From Leucoraja erinacea (taxonomy: Eukaryota): 64,000 nucleotides of DNA. How positions within the stretch are numbered: the first letter of the stretch is position 1; each line of letters opens with the position of its first letter. The notes under the pieces were generated by a model, which saw only the letters and a list, made by a program, of their open reading frames with translations, made no database searches and was not told the origin of the DNA. The stretch lies in NCBI RefSeq assembly GCF_028641065.1, contig NC_073382.1, forward strand, positions 11,408,001 to 11,472,000, in the 5' to 3' direction. The translations under genes were made by a program, and so were the position numbers. Of this stretch, positions 1-10,364 are shown piece by piece.

Positions 1-780
1 CATTATAGCATTATAGGTAGGATATGATTGTGCTGTGGAGAGTATAGAAGGGATTCACTAGTGGGTTGCCTGGATTAATAGAGTTTAGTTATTGGGAATG
101 ATTGGACAAGCTAGGCTTGCTTTCCCTTGTGTGACCTGGTAGAAGCATGTAAGATTACGAGAGGCATGGTGAGGGTAAATGGTCAAAATGGATTTTGCAT
201 GGTAGGTGGTATCAAAAACAACAGCGCATAGTCTTAAGGTGAGAGGTAGATTTTAAGGGATGTTTTTACACAGTGGTTGATATTTGGAACGCAGTGCCAG
301 AGGACGTGGTGGAATCCAATATTATTATTTCATTTAAGACGTATTCGGATAGAAACTTGATTATGGCTTCAGTGACGAAAATTTGGTGTAAAACCCCATC
401 TTGTGAGTGATAGACTAGTGGACCTGGAACATAGAACGGGGAGGTCAACATCCCATTTTATAAAAGTTTGGTTAGGCTACATCTGGAGTATTGTGTATGC
501 AGTTGCAGTTGCCACACTACAGGGAGGATGTGATTGCACTGGAGAAAACACAGAGGAAATTCTCTTGGAGCAGAGAAGGCTGAGGGGAAAGCCTGAAAAA
601 GGACAGAGGATTACCAGGGGTATAGAGAGGGTAGATCGTGATAATGTTTTCCCCAGAACAGATACATTTTAAAACCAGATGATATAGATTTAAAGTGAAT
701 GTAATAGTGTGAGAGGGGATATGTAATTATATTTCATCCACAGGTTGTTGCAGTCCGAAACATACTGTCTAAGAAGACGG
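1..780 (+). mobile_element. Old CR1 LINE 3' fragments (two tandem pieces; continues at about 1777-1880)
   Basis: Degenerate CR1 ORF2 C-terminal and 3' end motifs (ctggagtattgtgtatgcag, gaaggctgagggg, tggaacgcagtgccagaggacgtggtgga); many stops. Confidence 0.7.
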
Positions 781-784
781 AGGA

Positions 785-1744
785 GGAGGAGCCATCTTGG
801 GGAGCGGCTGCTAACCAGCAGCCGTCCGTTTAATTCGCTTTTTTTTAAGTTTTTAGTAAGTCCTGTGTTTCGTCCGTTGGAGAAATGGACTTTTTAATGT
901 GGGGGGAAGGGGGCAATTCTACTTCTAGGTCCCTACCTGGTCGGTGAGGCAGCTTTTTCTCCGGGCTGCCCCGTCGACCCGTCCTCGTGGCCTACCAGCG
1001 GGCGTGGAGCGCCGTTTCCTGGCGGGGACCGCCCAGCACCTCGGCTTCGGTGGCGGCACAGCTCTGGAGCGCTATCGCGGAGCAGAGCGGGCGATGCCTT
1101 GCCTGGGTTGCCGCGCTGGATCGACGCGCTGGAGCTCTACGGTGAGCTGTGACCGCCGAGTTCAACACCTCCGGGCTGCGGGTCTGCGGAGCGGAGCGGG
1201 CGGCGCCAACTCTAACATCGGGAACCTGGGAGCTCCAAACCGGCGTGGCCTTGTCAGCTTCGGAAGCCGCGGTCCCCAGTCAGGAAGCGGCCGTTCCAGG
1301 TGGTCCAGCCACTGAGAGGACTCTCCTGATGCCGGGTCAACACCACCCGGTGAGAACGGCCAGGAACATCGGGCCTCCGTAGAGGCAATTCCGGTGGCCT
1401 CAATAGGCCTGACTTTGGGTGAACTGGGGATGGGGACTGGACATTGTGCCTTCCCCCACAGTGGTAACCATTGTGGGGGGATGATTTTTTGTCTGTAAGT
1501 AAACCTGTTAGTCTTTGTCCAAGATGGCTGTCGGAAGGGAGAGTGGATGCTGGCGTGCTTTAGCAGCCGCTGCTCTCTCTTCACACTGTGTTTTTGATTT
1601 TTTTTGTTTTTGGACTGAATTCTGTTTTTAATTTGTGTCTCTGTGATGTTTTTATTATTTATTTTATTCTGATTATATGTTTTATTATTCTTGTTAATCT
1701 CTGTAAGGTGTCCTTGAGATTTCTGAAAGGCGCCCAAAAATAAA

Positions 1745-1776
<32 letters not shown>
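785..1776 (+). mobile_element. Non-coding GC-rich retroposon with LINE-type 3' end and (ATT)n tail, inserted into a CR1
   Basis: Ends gtaaggtgtccttgag...gaaaggcgcccaaaaataaaattt(att)n; the same tail recurs at 63700-63770; CR1 host sequence on both sides. Confidence 0.65.
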
Positions 1777-1887
1777 GGTATTTCTCAAACTATGTTAAAA
1801 ACATCGAGACCTATGGACCAAGTGCTGGGATTGGTATAGATGGGTACATTTTAGTTGACATAGACATGGTGTGCCTGATTGTGTGGA

Positions 1888-2195
1888 AACAAACAACTGC
1901 AGATGCTAGTTAATACACAAAAGGCCATAAAGTGCTGGCAGAACTCAGCAGGTCTGGCAACATCCCTGTAGAATACAGGCAGGTGACATTTTGGGTTGAG
2001 ACCATTCTTCTGACTGATTATAGGTGAAGGAAGCTGGTAAACACGAGAGGCAAGATTTGCGTAAATCATGTTCTCCCCTTTTCAAACGTTCTTTCCCCCC
2101 TCCCTACCATCAGTCTAAAGTAGGGTCTCGACCCAACGCACCACCTATCAATCTTCCCAAGGAATTCTGCCAGGCCTGATTCTGTGTTGAATGAC
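1888..2195. mobile_element. Inverted pair of Penelope pLTR fragments
   Basis: aactgcagatgct...aactcagcagg...ggtgacattttgggttgagacc (minus) followed by cagtctaaagtagggtctcgacccaa (plus). Confidence 0.6.
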
Positions 2196-2829
2196 TTCAT
2201 GCTTGTGTGCCAATTTGCCCGATTCATCCATCACATTGCCTGGATCTGTCTCATAGGTAGGAAGGATCCACCAAAGACCATGACAAAGTGTTACAGGAGC
2301 AGGTGGGAATGGTGCGAGGATTCAAACATCCGGACTTTCGTGAAGTCTCATAACATCACCTTAAATGAAGAAGCCTTGTGACTATGGCCTAACATCCTTC
2401 ATCATCTGATGAATTGGTGCAGATCCAAACTGATCATGATAATACTGGTGCAATAACTATTGTACAGTTCTTTTACTGACAGTACCGCTTGAATGCAGAT
2501 CCAAAGTAAAGGGAATCAAAAGTCACAAGGAAACCCTTTTTTGCACAGCATTCGGCTGGAATCTGGAATGCACTGCCTATAGATATGCTAATTATTGTCT
2601 GCTATCAATAACCAGGCTGATGGATGATGTTATTGGTAGTGCTACCACTGGAAGCACTCACCAATAACAATCTCACTACTGGAGAGTCATAGTCAGAGCA
2701 TCATCAGCATGGAATTAGATCCTTCGGCGCAACCTTTCTATGACGACCAAGATGCCTGTGTTTGCCCCATATGGCTCTAAACCTTTCCTATCCATAAACC
2801 TGTCCAAATCTCTGTTAAATGTTGAACCA

Positions 2830-3820
2830 CTTCATCCTTAGTTACAATTAGTACGGGAGCACTCAAGGCTGCGTGTTCAGCCCCCTGCTTTATACCCATG
2901 ACAGCGCAGCCGGACATAGTGCAAACTCCATCATCAAGTTTGCCGACGACACCACTGTGCTTGGATGGATCACAGATCGGTACGAGTCAGAGTATAGAAG
3001 TGGGATCGACCGACTGACCAAATGGTGCCAGCATGACAACCTGGCTCTCAACACCAGTAAGACCAAGGAACTGATTGTGAACTTTGGTAGGGGAAGGTGA
3101 GGACCCACATTCCTGTTCATATCAATGGGACGTTGGTGCAGAGGGTCAATAACTTCAAATTCCTGGGCGTGCATATTTCCGAAGATCTTTCCTGGACCCG
3201 GCACACTGATGCAATTATAAAGAAGGCACATCAGCGACTCTACTTCCTGTGAAGATTATGGAGATTCGCCATGTCGAAGAGGATTCTAAACTTCTACAGG
3301 TGCACGGTAGAGAGCATTCTGACTGGTTGCATCGTGGCCTGGTTCGGCAACTTGAACATCCAGGAGTGAAAAAGACTACAAAAAGTTGTGACCACTGTGC
3401 AGTCCATCACCGGCTTTGACCTCTCCACCGTCGTAGGGATCTATCGTAGTCGCTGCCTCAAAAAGGCAGCCAAAATCATCAAGGACCCACATCATCCTGG
3501 CCACACACTCATCTCACCATTGCCATCAGGAGGATGGTACAGGAGCCTGAAAACTGTAATGTCCAGGTTCAGGAACAGCTTCTTCCCTACAGCCATCAGG
3601 CTATTAAACACAACAAAAAAGCTCTGAGCTCTGAACTCTGAACTGCAAAAGACTATATTATTATTGCACTATATTTGTTATTTATTGAACTTTTTCTTTT
3701 TTTTCTCTTCCCCCATTATGTACTATGTTTACATATTCACATATTCTATAGTGCTGCAGCAAGTAAGAATTTCATTGTCCCATCCGGGACATATGACAAT
3801 AAAACACTCTTGACTCTTGA
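2830..3820 (+). mobile_element. Rex1/Babar-type LINE, 5'-truncated RT and C-terminus (pseudogenic)
   Basis: ORF pieces IIKFADDTTVLG, LALNTSKTKELIVNF, IIKDPHHPGH..LPSG..RFRNSFFPTAIRLLN; tail gacaataaaacactcttgactcttga. Confidence 0.85.
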
Positions 3821-5473
3821 CTTATAGACCTATCTCCATGACTTTCTCTGGCACCTCCGTCCCAAATAGCAGTATTTTATATTTTTGCATATTTAGAAAA
3901 TCAAGGGATAGGTGTTACTACTGGAAACTGGCACTTAGCTGTAAGCTGAGTCATAATCAAACTGACTGGCAGAGGTGGTACAAGTTGAGAGGCTTTCAGG
4001 TTTATACTGTAAAAATCACCTTTACCAGTTCAAAAGGAACTCTCATTTTGACAACCTCCATGGCAAAAAGGGTTTGGCAATGAATGGAAGCCTTGCCAAT
4101 AATGTTTCATTATCATGCCTGAATAAAACGTCTTTTTTTTTTTTTGTTATTGTCCTGGAGATGCAGAATTGTGCCTGTTACATTTAGCCGTTGTTCCAAT
4201 TTTAAACCAACCACTGCGAATAGTTTATGCTAGGACTTGCGACCCTTTCTGTACCTTCTCATTCGACTATAATGGAGAATATAATTGGATAGAATGTGAC
4301 CTACACCAACTCATTTGCAAATATCTGAGTAAAATCAAGCACTGGATTTCAGGGCTGGAGATCCTGAGCAGTAATTTTCTGCAACTGGGTAATATGTGCC
4401 TTTGTTCTAATTTTGAACTTGCTCATCATAGGGCCAGAGCATAATGGCTTACAATGTTGATATGATAGTTACACCATTCAACCTACTATTTCCATTCATT
4501 CCATTTTGCATTTATTTTAGGGGGAATTTTTCAGAAGGACATACTGGATAATAACAGGCAGTGGTTGGACGTTTTAAGGAAATTCTCATTCAGTCTCAGT
4601 ACAAGGTTAAGGTCTGGGAGGATACTAAATGTCTAAATTCTTCTTCCTGCAAAATGCTATTGCTTAGCTGTATCTACACTCTGCATTATATTATGCTGAT
4701 CAGCAAAATGAATGATCAATGAAATAAGATCCCACTAAATGCGGTAACAATTCTGCAGTAAAACAAAGTAAACCCTGCACGTTATCTTTAATGCGAGATT
4801 CCTTGACACTTTGACATTAAACTTAAAGGATGGCATTAGATCTCTCTATTCAAAGAAGTATGAAATTAAGGCTTCAGTACATGTTCATACAGCTATTAAA
4901 AATGCAAACGGCTGCACTCCAGGCTAGACAGCTGAACTGACTATACCTTTATAAAAGCCAATTATATTCACATTTAAATGCAAGGTGCACGAGGAAGAGA
5001 AAATGGGGACAAGCTTCGTTTAAATGTATTCTTCTGAATATTTATTAAACATAATATTGACAAGTAAATCATTTAACAAGTTTCAGTGAGTGCACAAAAG
5101 CAGAGATTGATTTTGCAATTACCCTTCACATCCATATCACAGGATTCTTATTAGCTCTGAATGTTCTAATTAAATACCTTATACCTCGTATACACTACAG
5201 AAGAAACCCTATTTAGACTGCATTTATCTAAATTGAATTCACTAACTCTGACATGTCTGGAGTGCAGAGGAATCTACTAACTGACAGATTATAGCTATAG
5301 TGCACATTTTACAAGAAGGAGAATGTTTCCTGGACCACCAAAATCAGACAACTTTGATTGCCACGCTAAAAATCAGCTACCCGTGACAAAATTCCCAAAC
5401 TAGCTGTCTATCATTGTACCCCCAAAGTCAGCTGATCATAAATGGATCATCAAATGTATCTGCGTCAGAATCC

Positions 5474-5790
5474 ATTGAATTGAATTGATTACTTTATCGT
5501 CACATGTGACAAGTCACAGTAAAATTATTTGCTTGCACACCCAAGGTATGCAAATAGCTGCCACGAAAAGGGCGCCAAAAAAGTTACAAAATATCCAGCG
5601 CCAGTTCCTCTCTTGTCCTCCCCCTTTCCCCCCCCCCCCCCCCCCCCGGCAGTCCCCCCCACCCCAGGCCTCCATTGTTCTTCTCCCCCCCCCCCCTACC
5701 CTCCATTGTTCCGGGCGGTGGGTCCTCCGACTACCACGTGATTTGCCCTCGTCCCCTGGCACCCACAACGATCGACCTCGACGACCGCCA
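5474..5790 (-). mobile_element. Short non-coding retroposon with Rex1-like tail
   Basis: Begins (attga)n...tttatcgtcacatgtgacaagtcacagtaaaatt (reverse of a Rex1-like tail); carries gaacaatggagg twice on the minus strand, as at 8043. Confidence 0.55.
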
Positions 5791-5926
5791 AACTCAACTG
5801 TTTGTGACTGCATTCTTTCAATCCAGTTCTTTGTGATTACAGTCCCAAAATCAGAAGTTCATCAAAACCCAAATGATCTTCACATTATTGAAATCCCCAA
5901 ATCAGCCACCAGTGATTGTCATCATA

Positions 5927-6385
5927 TTTCATATGAAGAAAGACTGGACAGACTCGGCTTGTACTCGCTAGAATTTAGAAGATTGAGGGGGGGATCTTAT
6001 AGAAACTTACAAAATTCTTAAGGGGTTGGACAGGCTAGATGCAGGAAGATTGTTCCCGATGTTGGGGAAGTCCAGAACAAGGGGTCACAGTTTAAGGATA
6101 AGGGGGAAATCATTTAGGACCGAGGATGAGAAAAACATTTTTCACACAGAGAGTGGTGAATCTGTGGAATCCTCTGCCACAGAAGGTAGTTGAGGCCAGT
6201 TCATTGGCTATATTTAAGAGGGAGTTAGATGTGGCCCTTGTGGCTAAAGGTATCAGGGGTATGGAGAGAAGGCAGGTACAGGATACTGAGTTGGATGATC
6301 AGCCATGATCATATTGAATGGCGGTGCAGGCTCGAAGGGCTGAATGACCTACTCCTGCACCTATTTTCTATGTTTCTGTGTTTCA
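5927..6385 (+). mobile_element. Young CR1 LINE 3' end
   Basis: SYEERLDRLGLYSLEFRRLRG, FFTQRVVNLWN; tail cctactcctgcacctattttctatgtttc. Confidence 0.9.
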
Positions 6386-6894
6386 ACATGAGATCTTTAT
6401 GGTTGTAAATGCCAAAATCATCAATCTGTAATTGATCTCCCAAAGTGTGCCATCCATTACTGCATTGTCCAAAATCAGGTTTTAGTGGTTGGGTTCACAA
6501 TCTTTGCTGTGCATGATTGCATCGCCAAAATGAATTGGCCATGACAAGATGCACAAAATCAACTGTGTGTAATTGAATCCGGAATGTAAACTATATGTGA
6601 CTGGACTGCCAAAATCAACTCTCTGCAATCACACCCCAATATCTTCCAGCAGTAATTGTACCTCCAGATTCAGCTGTTGTGATCATATTTCTGAAATCTG
6701 CTGTTCATGACTGAATCTACAAAATCAGCTGTCCCCTGGAAGCACCTCACAAATGACAGACCATGACACCAGCTCCAAAGTCAATTGTCTGTCATTGCAT
6801 CCAATTGTCAATCATTTATGATTACAACCCCCAAACCAGTTGCTTGTCATTGGATTTGCAAATCCAGCTATTAATGATTGAAATGTGAATGTAT

Positions 6895-7235
6895 TCATGT
6901 ATAGTACAGTCCATCACAAAGATCAGACTCCCCACCATTGACTCCATCTACACCACGCTGCCTCGGAAAAGCAGCCAATATAATCAAAGACTTGTCCCAC
7001 TGCTGTCACAGCTTCTCCCTGCTCCTGTCGGGCAGAAGGTACAGAAGCTTGAAAACACACCAACATCCTCAAGAACAGCTTCTTCCCCTCTGTTATCAAG
7101 GTCCTTCCATAAAGCTACTGTCTGAATCACCTCTACCCTCTTATGGACATTGGACTTTGTATATGGAACTGAAGTGCTACAATGCTGAACTATATTCTGT
7201 TTTCCATATCTTCACCTTTGTTCTACCTATTGTTC
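6895..7235 (+). mobile_element. Rex1-type LINE 3' fragment
   Basis: RCLGKAANIIKD..SFSLLLSGRRYRSLK. Confidence 0.75.
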
Positions 7236-7346
7236 TTAAGTACATTTCCCCCGTTTCATTTTGCACACTCGGTGAAAGGTGCTGCAACTTTTATTTGCAA
7301 ATGGTAGAAATTGCATAAAAAAGGTTCATATTTACAATGTATGTCA

Positions 7347-7400
7347 GGGCGGCATAGTGGCGCAGCAGTAGAGTTGCTGCCTTACAGTGCCAGACACCCG
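7347..7400 (+). mobile_element. HE1-type tRNA-derived SINE head (A box only)
   Basis: gggcggcatagtggcgcagcagtagagttgctgccttacagtgccaga, same as the head of the 38783 copy. Confidence 0.7.
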
Positions 7401-7714
7401 GAAAGATTGCAAGACCGCTGTGATTTGCACACTGACCTTCACTTTACACAAAGACCAAATGTCAGCCCTCATACCATGACCCCACCAGCCAATCACTGAT
7501 TTCATTTCCTAATGAAATCTTTCTTCCACAGTCTGCAGCCCCATAGTCTCCCAACACAACACAGTCTGTTTCTATCTCCTCCCTAGATTCCACAAATAGG
7601 TCTGTTCTGATTTAACCAGACTCTCATCCTGCTCTTGCACCACAGAGATCATTTCTTCCGTGTTTGACCCTATTTTTATCTCCTTTGGTCCAGTTCCTGC
7701 CAACTTACCCTGAT

Positions 7715-8240
7715 TATTTTTTCGGTGGGGGGCGCTGCGAATCGGCTGAGGGATCGCCAGAGAAGAGCTCCGGCCGCTGGCCTGTGGCCGATAACAATTT
7801 GAAGTCGTGGTCTGCGGAGCTTCTAGCCATGTGCGAGGTGTGGACTTGACATCCAGAGTGAGATCCCTTGCCGGGGATCCCGGGAGTAGAGTTCCATCCG
7901 CATGCATGCGGCCTACAACATCCTGAAGCCGCGGTCTCCGGTTGGGAAGCACCGATTCGGGACTTACCGTCCCGACGACAGGGCCTGTACATCTGGCTGC
8001 CCGCAGCGGCGACTGCGGAGGTTTATGGCCCAGACCACGGGGGAACAATGGAGGAGGACTGACTGTACTTTGTGCCTTCCACCACAGTGAAGAATGCTGT
8101 GGGGGATGTTTGTGTTAAATTTTATTGTGTATTGTGCATTCTTTTTTGATTGTACCACTGCTTGCAAAATTAATTTCACTGCATTTTATTGTGTATGTGA
8201 TGATTGATTGAAATTGATTGATTGATTGATTGATTGATTC
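7715..8240 (+). mobile_element. Non-coding GC-rich retroposon with Rex1-like tail and (ATTG)n end
   Basis: aatttcactgcattttattgtgtatgtga(tgat)n tail; shares its core with the 785-1776 element. Confidence 0.6.
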
Positions 8241-8427
8241 TATCCACCACTTGGACCAGGTTCTCAGAATCCCCTGGTTCATCTTCTCCTGTCCATCAAA
8301 ACAATATTTACTTTCACCCCTCACCAGGAGTGTCTGAGAGCCATTCACTGCTTGCTTGAACAGAGCCCAAACTACGCCCCTCCCCCCTTCACCAGCACCC
8401 TCCTTTACCTGGATTCATGATTTACGA

Positions 8428-8692
8428 CAGAAACCCTGGTTCGATCCAGACTAACGGTACTGTCTGTACGGAGTGTATACACTTCTCTGTGACTGCTTGG
8501 GTCTTCTGTGGGTGCTCCGGTTTCCTTCCATACTCCAAAGACATACGGATTTGTAGGTTAAATTTCTGTTGTAAAATGTAAAATTGTCCCTAGTGTGCAG
8601 GAGAGTGCTAGTGTATGGGTTGATCGCTGGGGCTGGCGGTGTGTACTTGGTGGGCCAAAGGGCCCGTATCTGCTCTGTATCTCTAAACTAAT
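8428..8692 (+). mobile_element. HE1-type SINE body (B box, central domain, CR1-derived tail)
   Basis: ggttcgatcc B box; ggtgctccggtttcct...ccaaagac core; tail gggccaaagggcc..tgtatctctaaactaa. Confidence 0.8.
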
Positions 8693-8753
8693 GTCCAAGT
8701 CAAATATATAAAGATAATTCATATGGCCACAAGCAACATTTCTTTATTGGATA

Positions 8754-9807
8754 CTAGAGGAAGTGCAGACCCGTTGGGTCTGCTCCCCCTATGCAATATT
8801 CGACCACTCACCCGTTCCCGCAACACTACCCGTTCCCCAACGCAATATTCCACCACTCACGCATAGCCCAACTGCGCAGGCGTGGCTCATTTCCCCTCAT
8901 CCCCAGCACTCCCTCCCCCTCCTCTTCACCCTCCCTCTTCTTTCCCCTCTCCTCCTCCCCAATCCCTCCTTCACCTCTCCCTCCCTCCCCGTTTCCCCTA
9001 CCCTCCGTCACTTCCTCCCTCCATAACTCCTGTCCCCTCCCTACCCCTCTATCCCCACACCTCAACTCCCCCTTTCCCCCCGACTATCCCTCCTGACCTC
9101 CCCCATTGCCCTCCTCTCCCTCTATTCCCCACACCCTACCGCACCCACTCCCCCACTCCTCTACCACTATCCCCCCCCTCCCCCACCAGACATGCGACAG
9201 GAAAAAAATGGAAAAAAGAGGAAGAGGCAGATTTCTCCGTGGATTTTTAAATTCGGCAAGGCATCACCACCGCCACGAGGCCCCACCGCCGCGGTCTCGA
9301 TGCCTCCAGATCGCCACGTAAAACCCCCGCCGGGGCCTTGCAGGTAGAACAGGTCGGACGAAGCAGCCGATAGCACCTGCGGCTGGCACCATGGAGGCCG
9401 TGAAGTGCGCTCGGCTGCTCACCCGTCGGCACCACAGAGGCACCCGCAGACGCAGCTCCAGCAGGCGGAGCGTTAGTCATGCTCACTCCGCTCCTTCAGC
9501 TTTAGACCACTGTCAGTGCCGCCCGTGACTGACAGTGGATCTGGCCAATCAGTGTGGTGAGGGTGCATGAAGGGGCGTCGCTGTCCCTGCGACTGACAGG
9601 AGAGGAGACCAATCTGCACATGCACGGTTTTTAAGATTTGTAAACCTTAATAACTTTTAAAATATACCATCAATTGGAACAAAACGTGTTGCCCATGTAG
9701 CACATGAGAATGCCGAGTAAGGTGGCGAATAATCGTAGCACCATCACGTACCATTTTTGCGCAAATTGAAAAATATTAAACCGAAAGTGCACAAGATCAG
9801 TTTTAAT
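8754..9807 (-). mobile_element. Non-autonomous Helitron (5' end lost in the gap)
   Basis: Minus-strand 3' end: perfect hairpin GCAGACCC-aac-GGGTCTGC (8765-8783), 7 nt, then CTAG|T (8754-8757); the far end reads attaaaactgatcttg next to the N gap. Confidence 0.7.
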
Positions 9808-9941
9808 NNNNNNNNNNNNNNNNNNNNNNNNNNNNNNNNNNNNNNNNNNNNNNNNNNNNNNNNNNNNNNNNNNNNNNNNNNNNNNNNNNNNNNNNNNNNN
9901 NNNNNNNNNNNNNNNNNNNNNNNNNNNNNNNNNNNNNNNNN
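9808..9941. other. Assembly gap
   Basis: Run of N. Confidence 1.
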
Positions 9942-10364
9942 TGCCCTCCGTGGCGCTGAAGCATGGCAACTCTTTACGTGGTCTTCCCAGAGATGGATCT
10001 ACTACCATCCAATACAATCGTTCTGCTTTTTTAAATCTATTTTCTACCTATGTATGGATATCTGCACTCTGTATCATCTCCTTTGCTCTATTTATTGTTC
10101 TTTAGTGTATCGATTTTATTCATCTCTGGCACATCTGATCTATTCGGATAGCTTGCACAGCAAAGCTTTGGTACAGGTGACAAGACTAAACCTGAACCTA
10201 GATCTTTCTCTGTTTCATATATTGGAAAGATGTTGTCCAGCTGGAAAGGGTGCAGGGAAGATGTACGAGGATGTTGCCAGGACTCAAGGGCCCAAGTCAT
10301 ATGGAGATGCTGCCTGGCCCGCTGAGTTACTCCACCATTTTGTGTCTATCAAAGGAAAATTACT

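Larger units (their letters stand above)
5335..6890 (+). repeat. Highly decayed ~30 bp tandem repeat (consensus about CCAAAATCAGCTGTCTGTGATTGCATC), interrupted by two insertions
   Basis: ccaaaatca(g/a) and tgattg motifs recur about every 29-31 bp at 5336, 5366, 5394, 5421 and again over 5788-5920 and 6410-6880. Confidence 0.65.

Noticed and set aside
944-1737. 123-191 aa ORFs in the GC-rich element
   Set aside because: No recognisable domain; produced by high GC and low complexity
5335-6890. CRISPR-like periodicity (also 12270-12985)
   Set aside because: No invariant direct repeats with unique spacers, no cas genes, vertebrate context
7347-7400. tRNA gene (also 38783 and 58333)
   Set aside because: tRNA-derived SINE heads; no complete cloverleaf
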